Assembly: GCA_010909165.1 (NCBI GenBank)
Contig: VJWM01000025.1
Location: 3,100,001 to 3,164,000 of the forward strand
From: Anthoceros angustus
Taxonomy: Eukaryota; Plantae; Anthocerotophyta
Direction of reading: 5' to 3'
Length of the DNA stretch: 64,000 bases
Under the pieces are notes generated by a model. That model worked only from the letters and a program-made list of their open reading frames with translations. It was not told the origin of the DNA and searched no databases. Shown one piece after another: positions 35,401 to 46,884 of this stretch (within the stretch, counting starts at the first letter, position 1; every line of letters starts with the position of its first letter). The position numbers were made by a program, and so were the translations under genes.

Positions 35401-36769
35401 TCCCAAACTTCAGGTGGTGAGGGGTTCGCTCGGCGTATGGAGTCGGAATCCTCGATCGTCCTCCTCCGAGTCCGCTTGGTCTTGAAGGGCGACCCCCACC
35501 TCGGCGCCCTTGCACGCTCTGCCAGGCCTCCGGCCCCCGGCGCCGCTCAAGCTCTCCCTCCTTGAGCTCGAAATGTCCCCATACATGAATCGGTATGGGG
35601 TCACCGATGGCGAGGCTTCGCTCCTTAGCGTGCCTCGGGGGGCGAAGATAATCCTTCCCGTCGCTCTCTTCCCTGGGCGCATGCGGGAATACCAGGTTAT
35701 CACCAAGGTGATCCACCTTGGTGCGAGTTCAATGGACAATGATCCGCTACCTTACTCATCCGGCGGATCGGATATCAACCATCCGTTGGTTGTCCGTGCG
35801 TTCGAGCCTCGCGCCGCGTGGGGCCCTATCTTCCCGCCGCCTTAAGGGCTCGGCACCGCCCCTTCTTCCTCCTTGAGCGGTTGTAGGCCATCCTCGGGAC
35901 CTCAAGGTCCATCGCCTCGGTCCTCCGGAGGTTCTTGGATCGGACCTCCTTGTTGATCGCCCGGCATCTTCCGGGCAAACTCCGGACTAGAGTAGCGTTG
36001 TCAAAGGTCCGAGACCATTTGGAACACGTCCGGATGCCACTCTGCACCAATTCCTCTTCCTCGGCCGGGGCCCGAAGTCCGGATAGCGCGGGTCACAATG
36101 TTGCGCTCCACGAGGGTCCATGGCTCCCAGACTTCCGTCGGCTTTTGGGTGCCATTGCTTTCTCCTCCTCTTGTTCTTTGTAGGGCTGGCGAGTCCGGCA
36201 CGATGTTCCTCCGCCGCGCGTTGCTCCAACCTTGACTGAGCGCTCTGAGGCGCCCAAAAGATAGCGCCCGAGCCGGATTGCGGGCGCAAGGGGCTGTGAG
36301 GATTGTCCGAGGCTGCGGCAAATGACCTCCCTCCCGCTTGTGGAAATGCCTGCGGGCGCCTCTTCGTTGTCCGTAGCGCGAGTGCGCTGGCTTACTCGAC
36401 CCTCGCTTCCGCCTGCGGCCTTACGCGCGCGCGGGCGTGAATACTTATAACGGCCTCAGCAGGTTACGGTCTGGCTCGCATGCCCGACCTCCACTCGGGG
36501 CCGTCACGTGCGCCGCCTCGTCCTCACGCCTCGCTCCTAGGTTACTTTCCTGGCGTACTTATCCTATTTTGACTGGAGTGGGTTCCGGACTTATCCGTTA
36601 CTCCGTAGTCCGGGCTTGCCATAGTGGTGCGGGGTCCGTTGTTCACTCAGTCCGTATACTCGAGCCTCGTCCGCGCTACCCCAATTTATTCCTCCTTTTC
36701 CGCCTTATTTATCCTTCAATCTAAAAAGCGAAACCCTACTTACTCTTAACTCCCGGGAAGTAGCCCACA
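32412..36769 (-). repeat. 5' LTR (4358 bp)
   Basis: Colinear with 22464-26828 with the same termini. Confidence 0.92.
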
Positions 36770-38062
36770 TTGGTTCTTGTTCTCTCCATGTATTGTCTAT
36801 GCATAAGACTAATGTCCCTTCATCGTGTGGGCTGATAATTTATTGTAAAGCATCATTCCACTTGGCATTAATCTTTTGACGCTCGTGTAAGTTATGTATC
36901 ATGCTGTCCTACGTGATCCTTATCCTCCTTCAAGTCCTTTCACACGCAAAATATGGGGTTTTATATCGTGAGGATCTTTATATTGCGGCTCCTTATGCGA
37001 CTTATATGCTCATCAACTTCTTATTCCTCCATCAATATTTCGGCTTGTTGAGGCCTCTTGATACATAGCTATATGTTATAACACCATTGTCGACTTGTGA
37101 CGTTAATATCTTCTGACGAGCTATTTGGGAAGGCGGGTGCTGCATTCGAGATCAAACTAGGACATCCTCTGCGCTATTATTCCTCCTCCGCATAGACTTT
37201 CTCTCGCGACTCTGCGGAAGTTTTTCTGGCAAGATCCATGCATTCCACGGCCTGACTTGACCCCCCCTTCCCGCTTGACCTCGGCTTGGAGGCGCGGGCA
37301 TGCACACACTGTGTAGGCGGGCGCAAGCTTCTCATCGTAGCGCACCTCGTAGTTCACAACGGGCCTTCTCGCCACTATCCATGCACTCTTGGGGGCGCGG
37401 CATGCGGCGCTCGATTGGAGTGCATGGCGCCCGGCCACTCTGAGTCTTAAAACAAATGGGGCCTTTCCATGGTTGAACCGTACATCTCATCCAGAGTGCA
37501 TAGGGTATTCGCTAACCATCTCAAGAGTCACATCCTAAGTGTTTTCATCGCCACTTGGATGACATGAAGTTTCTTCCTCCTCCGGACATACCTTGGCCAA
37601 AGCGGTCCTCACACTATTTCTCTTCTGACAGCCGGTTTCCTGCTCGCCTTAAAAGCGCTTTCAGTCTCCACCTCTTCTCCAACTTCTGCCTTGCTCTTCT
37701 TGCTAGTACTGTGCCATGTTTGCTTTGGGGAAGTTCCTCCCACTTGGTGAAGATCTCACATTCCCCACCTTTCCCTCAGTTTTGCTATGCGTTTGTCCGG
37801 TTGTCCAGGTGTCCTGTATTGCTCATCTTCCGACCTTTCTCCTCCTACCAACTTGCTATAAATTGAACTTGGTTCATGCTCTTATCACCTCATCGCTTGC
37901 TCCGTTCATCCACGATCTGGTGCTCGTTGTTCATCTTTTCCTCTCCACATTGTGTGATGTCCGTCTCGCATCTCTAAGTTAGCCATAGACGGCCATCACG
38001 GAACCTTCCTTTCAGTTCGGGCGCTTGCGGCGCGTAAGTATGTTCCTCCCGGCCCCCAAAAA
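36770..38062 (-). repeat. Deletion-riddled duplicate of ~43300-44990 (transposase core and ParB-gene part)
   Basis: Colinear with 43300-44990 but with many small deletions. Confidence 0.75.
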
Positions 38063-41000
38063 TGTGGCGGAACTTTTTCCGGTCTAATGGTATCCCTGGT
38101 TGATGGGAATCCGTTACCCAAAGCGGATTCTTCATCGACCCTTAGGCCTTGCGGTAGTTTGCCCAAGCCTCATCCACTTGGCTGAGCATACGTTCTCGCC
38201 CTCAAATTCTCGCTTTACCTGTCGTTCCGTATGGCGTATAAGCGTTTGAGACCCGTTGCGTCCGTATCGTTCACATCCTTCACGCATCCGTCCTTTCCTC
38301 TCTCCTCTCACGCTACACTCTTGATCTTAGAAAAAAGGCGAATTCTGATCCGGACCTCCTCCGTCGTTCCGCGGGCCTCCTCACGGGCCCCTCACAGTTC
38401 CTCGGCTCCGCAGCGTTCGGTCCGTTCGGTGCGGACGCGACTCGGACGGCGAAACCGCGGTCACCTTCCCTGCACACACCACAGCGCGTTAAGTCGTCAC
38501 GGGACCTTGATCAATCTCCCGGGCTGTCGTGCTGCTCGGTGACTCGGGACTCACGTTAGCAAGAAGACTCACAAGAGGTGCAGGCAGCATCAACACCAAG
38601 AAGATGCTTTACTAGACCTCGGCCCTCTTATCTGCGCCCAAGGTGGCGTCTTTATTACACCCCTAACGGCGATAGCCATTTCGGTATACCCTAATCGGCC
38701 TACATCTCCCCTATCTCCTTCGCCATTGTGAAATTTGGGAAGGTCCTGACCCTCCTCGGAATGGGTGGTCCAATCCCGTCACAGCGGTTGTGGTGCTATC
38801 GGATGATCCGTGGCGGGGCCCCTCCTCTCCGGAATCACATGTCGAGGTTGGGCTCTGGCGTGGTGGCAGCATGCAGCGTCATCCTCCCAGCCTCCACAGG
38901 TCCTTGGGTGGGGCCACGCTATCGGCTCCTAAGCGTAAGTAGAAGGGGCTCCTCCCTTCTTGCCGGGTCCTCGGGGTCTGTCTCGACTCCGACTTGATCC
39001 GGCTTATTTCACAGGTCCGGCCGGCTGGGTCCGACCTTGTCTGCAGGGTCCGGACCTCGAGTCCGGTTGTCGGGGGTCCGGACTTCGGTCCGGACTTATT
39101 CTCCGGACTTGGTCAGCCTCCTGACCGGATGTCGACTCCATACCAGGTTTCCTCCCTCACGGGACTCCTCGTGGCTCTCCTCGAAGTCCTCCGGCTGTTC
39201 CCGAGTGACTCTTCGTTGGCTCCTTCCATGAGTGGGGTGCTAGGTCGCATCACGCTCCCTTATTACCTCCTCCGGTTGCTCCTCAGTTGCTCCTCTCGTA
39301 TCATCATCTCAAGCAGGGGCCACTAGGGTCCTGTCTCCCGTGGCCTTCATCCTTCCGGTCCGTCCAGCGGCGGCCGTCGAGCTTCACTGAGCGTGGTAAT
39401 AGGCAAAGTCAGCTTGTTGAATTGCCTCTTCCGTGTGCCACCGTCTCCTCGCCATAAGTGTTAGGGAGTGCCACCTCTCTGCCCGGTTGTGTGGGCAGGT
39501 GCGTATCACGTGAGGCTACAAGGCGGCCTCGGTCACCTCCTGCATTGTTGTTGCTCACTTGCTCCTCCGTCGTTTCCTTCCGCCGCGGCTTACCGCCATA
39601 GCGCGGCGTTCCTCCGCCTTTCTTTGGACCGGCTTCTTTTACGCTTCCGATTGCTCGCGCTCCTCCGTTCATTCGGCCTAGCTCCGCGGCTCCTCTCAGG
39701 CGGTCGAGATACCTCGTCAGAGCTCGGACTTCCTCAGCTCATACGCAGCACAGCAGCGTCCAACTCCTTGGATGGTCGCGATTTTCCTCCGTCTTGAGGA
39801 GGCTTCACTGTTCGTGCTCGGGCCGTTCTCTCGTTGAGAATCACTGCTGCTCCGCATCTTGGGTTGTAGCTCCAGCGTGTCCTTCATCCTCCATCTGCGC
39901 CTCCTTCTACCTCCTGCGGTACTCGGAGATCCCTATCTCCCAGTGCGGCCTACTGCTAGCCACTTTGTGCGGCCTTGAGTAGCCTCGGTGCTGTGACTCT
40001 CTCCACGTTCGATCACGTCATGGATCCGGTCGCTCTTTTGCAAGCTTGACTCCTTCGCCGCCTTTACAGGCCTCGCCCACTTGGCTCTGGCCGGGCCGCC
40101 TCCGCAGTCCCGAGCTCTCTCGGGCCTCTTCCGCCTCTGCTTTCTTCCCTCTTCGCTGCAAGGTCCTCCGCAGGCTTGGCCTCCAGGCTTGTTTGCCTGA
40201 AGAACCTTAACCGATCTCTTGAACCGGCCTCGCGCTCCGCCAGCGTTCCCTTCCTCGATCCGGCGAGGGACTCCGCCTTTTCCTTTGCCCCTCGGCGCCT
40301 TCACTTGCTCTTGGGTTCCACCATCCTCCTCGGGTGGCCTCCACTTCAGGTCTCTCTCTGCCACGAGACCCCAAAGCATTCCGTCCATGTGGCAGGACTT
40401 GGTGTTTCTTCCACGGCCGCGTGAGGCCCCACAAAGTCCGTAGTGGGGCGGCATTTCTCGATCGCCAAGGACCTCCATACCCTGATCCGGAGTAAGTCCG
40501 ATGGGTTCCGGACCTAATCGGGACCCTCGGTCACAGTGGTGGTCCAGTCTCACCTCTTGGCCTCTTGGCCTCTAACTCCTTTGTGCCCTCTTTCTCCAGG
40601 GCTCGGAGGTGAGGGGTCGGGAGCAAGCTCTTTGCCCCTTCACCCGGGGCAGGGGCCGGCTCGAGGTGGGGCTCTGCGGTGACCTCCTGCTCCTTGGGCC
40701 ACGTCCCTTCTGCCCTCCTTACAGCCTCTTGACCTCTTGCCACTCGTGGCGGGGTAAGTCCTTTCGGTCTTTGCGTTGGTAAGCGGCACCGTCTTCCGCC
40801 TCTTGGCTCCGGCCCCAGGTTATTGCTCGGCAGCCGTCGTGGTTGTTAGGCATTGTTGCCGGTGCGGGCCATAGCGCCCTCCGGCATCGCTCCCTCTGTG
40901 CCGGCTGCTCGGAGGGCACCAAGGAGGGAAGGGGAATCGCCTCCCAAACTTCACAGGTGGTGAGGGGTTCGCTCAGACGTATGGAGTCGAATCCTCCCGA

Positions 41001-42363
41001 TCGTCCTCCTCCGAGTCGCTTGGTCTTGAGGACCCCCACCTCGGCGCCCTTGCACGCTCTACTTGGCGGGGCCTCCGGCCCTTGGGCGCCCGCTCAAGCT
41101 CTCCTCCTTGAGGCTCGAAATGTCCCCATACATGAATCGGTGTATGGGGTCGCCGATAAGCGAGGCTTCGCTCCTTAGCTTGCGTGCCTCCCCAGGCAGG
41201 CGAAGATAATCCTTCCCGGTCGCCTCTTCCCAGCGGGCATGCGAGAATACCAGCGAGTTATCACCAAGGTGATCCACCTTGGTGGCGAGTTCAATGGACA
41301 ATGATCCGCTCTTACTCGTATCCGGCCGGTCCGGATATCAACCATCCGTTGGTTGTCCTGCGTTCGAGCCTCGGCCGTGGTGGCCCTATCTTCCCTTCGC
41401 CTTAAGGGCTCGCTGCGCCCCTTCTTCTCCTTGAGGCGGTTGTAGGCCATCCTCGGGACCTCCAAGGTCCATCGCCTCGAGTCCTCCGGAGGTTCTTGGA
41501 TCGGACCTCCTTGTTGATCGCCCGGATCTTCGGGCAAACTCCGGACTAGAGTAGCGTTGTCAAAGGTCCGAGACCATTTGGAACACGTCCGGATGCCACT
41601 CCTGCACCAATCCCTGCTTCCTCCGGCGGGGCCCGAAGTCCGGATAGCGCGGGTCACAATGTTGCGCTCCACGAGGGTCCATGGCTCCCAGACATCGGCT
41701 TTTGGGTGCCATTGCTTTCTCCTCCTCTTGTTCTGTGGCTGGCGAGTCGGCAGCACGATGTTCCTCCTTCGCGTTCATTGCTCCAACCTTGATGCGCCGC
41801 GCTCTAGCGGCCGGGCGCCCAAAAGATAGCGCAGAGCCGGATTGCGGGCGCAAGGGGCTGTGAGGTATGCGGAGGCTGCGGCGGAAATGACCTCCCTCCT
41901 TGGCGCTTGTGGAAATGCGCTGGCGGGAAGGCGCCTCGCCGTTGTCCGTAGCGCGAGTGCGCGCCTCGACCCTCGCTTCGCACTCGGCCTTACGCCGCGC
42001 GCGCAGGCGTGAATACCCTGCCTGCGGCCTCAGGTTCTGGTCTGGCTCTGCATGCCCGACCTCCACTCGGGGCGTCCGTGGCGCGCCGCCTGTGCATCCT
42101 CACGCCTCCGCTCCCGGGTTACTTTCCTGGCGTACTTATCCTATTTTGACTGGGTGGGTTCCGGACTTATCCGTTACTCCGGCGTAGTCCTGAGCTTGCC
42201 ATAGTGGTACGGGGTCCGTTGTTCACTCCAGTCCGGAGTATACTCAGAGCCTCGTCCAAAGCGCTACCCAATTTATTCCTCCTTTTCCGCCTTATTTATC
42301 CTTCAATCCTAAAAACAGAAACCCTACTTATTTCTTAACTCCCGAGGAAGTACATAGCCCACA
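38063..42363 (-). repeat. Third LTR copy (probably redundant assembly)
   Basis: Colinear with the other LTRs and followed by the same transposase flank; first ~170 bp are a mosaic of LTR and ParB-gene sequence. Confidence 0.8.
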
Positions 42364-42624
42364 AGCACGCAAAATAGAAGCTGGTTCTTGTTCTCTAAAT
42401 GTATTGTCTAGGCTGTATAAGACTTTGGGAAGTATCCTTCATACGTGTATAACGTCCTGGATAATAGTTATTGTTAAATTTGCATCATTCACGAGATTGG
42501 CATAATGCGCACGCCGCCTCTGAGCGTGGTAATTATGTATCATGCATCCAACAACATGCATCGTGATCCAGATTATCCTCCTTCAAGTCCTTTGGCCACC
42601 GCAAAATATACGGCGGAAGTTTTT

Positions 42625-43290
42625 GGTCCATGGCTCCTGACTCCGGCTTTTGGGTGCCATTGCTTCCTCCTTGTTGTCAGGCCGGCCGAGTCCGCCGGCA
42701 CGATGTTCCTCCTTCGCCGCTCGCCGCTCCAACCTCGACGGCGCCACGCTTGCCGATCGGGCGCCCAAAAGATAGCGCAGAGCCGGATTGCGGAGCAAGG
42801 GACCGTGGAGGATTGTCTCGAGGTCGCAAAATGACCTCCTCCTGGCCGCTGGAAGTAATCGCTGGGCGAAGGCGCTGTCCGTAATCGCTGTGGGTCCGCA
42901 TGGCTTACTCGACCCCACGCTCTTACTCGCCTTACGCCGCCGCGCAGCCTGGGCGTGAATACCGCTATAACGGCCTCGCAAGGTTACGGCCCGCCCGCAT
43001 GCCCGACCTCCACTCGTGGCCCACGTGGCGCCCTGCCTCACGCCCACGCCTCCTAGGTTACTTATCCTATTTCCTGCTTTTGACCGGAGTGGGTTCCGAC
43101 TTATCTACTCGCGTAGTCCGAGCTTGCCATAGTGGTACCGGGTCCGTTGTTCACTCCAGTCCGAGTATACTCCGAGCCTCGTCCAAGCGCTACCCCAATT
43201 TATTCCTCCTTTTCCGCCTTATTTATCCTTCAATCCTAAAAAAATGTAAACCCTACTTATTTTAACTCCCTGTGGAAGTGCATAGCCGCA
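42625..43290 (-). repeat. Partial fourth copy of the LTR end
   Basis: Repeats ~41680-42363 and again runs into GCAAAATAGAAGCTGGTTCTTGTTCTC. Confidence 0.8.
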
Positions 43291-43680
43291 CGCAAAATAG
43301 AAGCTGGTTCTTGTTCTCTCGGCATGTATTGTCTAGGGTATAAGACTTTGGGAAGTATCCTTCATACGTGTGTATAACGTCACGGATAATAGTTATTGTT
43401 AAATTTGCATCATTCACGAGATTGGCATAATGCGATCGCCCGCGCCTTTCTGAGCGTGTAATTATGTATCATGCATCCAACAACATGCATCGTGATCCGA
43501 TTATCCTCCTTCAAGTCCTTTGGCCACCGCAAAATATGCGGCGGAGAAGTTTTTGGTCCATGCCCGTCGATAGATAACAACATATATTCTGCGGCTCCTT
43601 ATACGGCCGACCAATGCTTCATCAACTTCTTCCGTTCCTCCATCAATCGATCCGATGCTTGTTGAGTGCCTCTTGATACA
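43290..43680 (-). pseudogene. Core of the copy-2 transposase
   Basis: YMLLSIDGMDQ..ITMHVVGCMIHNY..NDANLTITIIRDVIHTYEG..LDNTCRENKNQLL. Confidence 0.8.
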
Positions 43681-44199
43681 TAGCTATATGTTATGGAACA
43701 CCATTGTATCGAGACTTGTGGGCACGAAATTCAATATCTTTTGCGGTGTGAGCTATTTGGGAAGGCGGAAGTGGCGTGCATTGGGCTGAGATCGGAAACT
43801 AGGACATCATCTGCCTATTATTCCACGGTCCAAATGCATAGTAGCGTTTTGCATACAATCGGCACTCCTGCGAGAGAAGTTAATGTTACGGCAAGAACCC
43901 AACCCATGCATTCCACGACCACGGCGGGCCCGACCTTGCCCCCCCTTCCATGTGGAGTGAACCTTATAAGTGTAGCTTGGAGGCGCGGCATGCGAGCACA
44001 CTAAGAAATAAAAGGCGGGCGCAAGCTTCCTCATCTGTAGACAAAAAAGCACCCGTGGTTCACGCGCTTTAGGGGCCTTGAGCGTCGCCATGCCTATCCA
44101 TGCACTCCACATTTGGGGGCGGCCGGCATCTGCGCTGCCCGGATGGAGTGCATGCTGCACTATAGCCACTCGATGAAGTCTTGAAACAAATGAAGCGTG

Positions 44200-46780
44200 C
44201 TGCCTTTCCGCTGTTATTTTGAAACCGTGCAATAACATCATCCGAAGAGTGCATTGGGTATTCACGCTAACCATCTCGAAGGTCACATCTAAGTGTTTTA
44301 CATCGCCACTTGGATGACATGAAGTTTCTTCCATGATATCACCTCCTTGGACATACCATTCGAGGTCTAGTAAACTGTCAAAACCTTTTCACTAATCGGC
44401 ATTTTCGACCGTCTCTCGGTGGAATTCCTTGGAAGCTGCGCCATGGTTTCCCTTGCATCTCTTTGGGCTTAAAAACGCTTTTCCACAGTCTTCACCTCTT
44501 CTCCAACTGCGTTTGCCCTTGCTCTTCTTGCTAGTACCTGCAACATGTTTGGCTTTGCTCGGGAAGTTCCATCGCCTCCCACTTGGTGAAGATCATCACG
44601 TTTTCCACACCTTTCCCTCAGTTTTGCTATGCATAGTATATGTGTCCGGTTGTCCACTTTGTTTTGCTTGTATTGCTCATCTTCCGACCTTCGTCATCCT
44701 CTATCGGCCAAGCACCTTGTATAAATTGAACTTCAGTTCATGCTCATTGTCACACCATCCGCTTTGCAATCAAGTTCATCCACAGGTATCCACCTTTCGA
44801 TAAAGTTCATCTTTTTCCTCTTGTCGACATTGTGTTGTGTGGGTTGCGAACATCTCACTGAGTTAGCCCCGCAATAGACATGGGCCTCCATCCATTGGAA
44901 CCTTGCCTTCCACTGGTGATATATCGCAAAAGCTTCATGGCGGCGTAAGTATGATTGCCTCGATTACCCCCATAATATACTTCTTTGCGGAACTTTTTCC
45001 GGTCTAATGTTTTGATATCCCTGCGATCGGATGGGTCAATCATACAAAGCAAAGCGGCACACCTTCTTCAATACGACCCTTGAGATGGCCGAGCGGTAGT
45101 TCGCCCAAGCCTCATCCACTTGGCGAACGAGCATGCGGGTTAGAAGCGAATCGCCCTCAAATTCTCGACTTTCGATCTTGTTTACGGCACCACCTTCTTC
45201 GCATGTCACGAGACTCACGACTTTACGCAAATAATCCTCATGCATCATAGAGCTTCCGGTCTTTCTCCATCTGTTGAGACATGCAATGTTGGAATCTCAT
45301 TGTTATCGTTTCCCTTGGACGCTTGAACTTTTCACTCGTTCCTATCGAGCGTTCCGCACTCCGGGACTGCTTGTGCCCACCACCTTCCTCATCATGCATG
45401 CTTTTCCGCTTCTCATGGCCCCAGCGCCTTCCTCCCAAGCCACAGGTTTCGTGGGCGCGGCATCTCGCCTACCTCCCTCCCACTCAGGCGTGAGGCGCCC
45501 TCCTCCTCCCATGCAAGGCGCGGCATGCGCCCATCCCTCTCGGGAGGCGCAGCGGCGCGCCCCCCTGCGGCTCCTCAAACGGGCGCCGGCATGCCGGCGC
45601 CCCCTCTTCGCCTCCTGAGGCGCGGCATCGGCGCCCCCTCTTCCGTCTCGAGTATGGCGCCGGCATGCCGGCCTCCTCCTCCTTGTCACGGGCGGCATGC
45701 GGCGCCCCCTCTCCTCACCATAGTCGGGCGCGGCATCGGCGTCCCCCGGCTGCGCCTCCCCTCTTCCATGTGCAGGGACTCCTCCCATGGTGCTTGGATG
45801 GCGGCGACCTTGGAAGGAATCCGTGGCAGCTGCGGCAAACCTCCCTCCATCACCCTCGGCCTCCCCATCATCCTCTTCAAATGCCTCGCATCTGAATGAC
45901 CCAGAACTACGGAATAGGCCCATCCTCCTCATCGGAAGGTCCGAACTACGCCTCATTGTCTTCTACTTCCGGTCACAGTTTGGAAGTCCCTGTCTTGTCC
46001 TCCTCGGTGACATCTCTCGTCGATGACGGATAATGGAGCTCGTAATCACCTCACACAAGCACTTTGTAAAATGTTCTCTCTCACTCTGTCCATCACTGAC
46101 AAGCACAGATTAGGGCGCAACAATGCAATCAAGTCAACTCCTTTGGCTCACATTTCTTCTGTGCAAACATGCCACTTTCACAGATACGGTGTAATCATCG
46201 GCGATGCGGCAATGCGTCCACTTCATAAGGCCTTGAAGTGCAAAGAATCCATGATTACGGGTCTCGCCCTCCATCCAAAGTTGCCCAGGACCCATCACCT
46301 TGCCCTTGCTCTCTGGTTTGCGGTGCCGTTGAACCCAAAACCCAAAGCTTGACGCCGGCGTCCATATAGTTTCTTCATCCGGCTCCTCATTTGTGTCAAC
46401 AACCATTCTGCTGCGAAGCATAGTGTCCTCAAGCTGGTTCATGTGCCTCGCGGCAGTCTCCTCATACAGTATGGGGAGGGTGAATCTGGATTTCCCACCC
46501 TCAATCCTTTGGACAAGCGGACTTCTCTCCACCACCAACCGTCTTTGTGGTGCCTTGAGTGAATTGAGTGACCGGACTTTATGCCCCCTTCCCGTTCCAC
46601 CTCCACCTTGCTCAATTGGTTGGAAAGCATGTCCGGCCCCGAGATCGGTATCGGCGGAGGATCAGTTCTCGATTTCCTTCTTGCTTTTAGATTTCTTACT
46701 GCCTCGCTTCTCCAACAAGTCTCCAGTTAGGCCACGCATGGGGAGGTCCTTCTTCTTGCGGCGTCCATCGTCGTAGCACC
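44200..46780 (-). pseudogene. Homolog of the ParB-MTase cargo gene (N-terminal and ParB-like parts only)
   Basis: RQVDEAWANY, LCMIDPSD, GNHTYAAMKLL, DNRTHILCIAK and KPWRSFQGIP match the copy-1 gene; no MTase motifs found downstream. Confidence 0.75.
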
Positions 46781-46884
46781 AGCATAAGCATCAAACACGC
46801 TCAATCCAGTTAGGCAAGCGCAATTCTATTTCAAACTAGGGAATTCTCACTGTCGTCCTCTCGGAAAGGATGGAGGCGGGCTGG

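Larger units (their letters stand above)
22464..36769 (-). mobile_element. Ty3/gypsy non-chromovirus-type LTR retrotransposon, 14.3 kb, with 4.36-kb LTRs
   Basis: Two TGT...ACA-bounded direct repeats (22464-26828, 32412-36769) flank gag-PR-RT-RH-INT; inserted within the ENKNQLLFAxL|NMLV segment of the copy-2 transposase; no clean TSD readable. Confidence 0.92.
20446..46880 (-). mobile_element. Sola-like TIR element, copy 2, interrupted by the gypsy element; right terminus not seen
   Basis: TIR-like AACAACATAATATTTGAAGCGGCTGAATATAC at 20446; transposase pieces on (-) at ~21260-22460 and ~43290-43680; ParB-like gene at ~44200-46780. Confidence 0.75.

Noticed and set aside
22566-42200. Many plus-strand ORFs of 100-250 aa
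   Set aside because: Antisense shadows of GC-rich gag-pol and LTR sequence
38063-42363. Genuine three-LTR tandem element
   Set aside because: No internal gag-pol between LTR2 and LTR3, the flank is duplicated and the junction is a mosaic; mis-assembly is the simpler explanation
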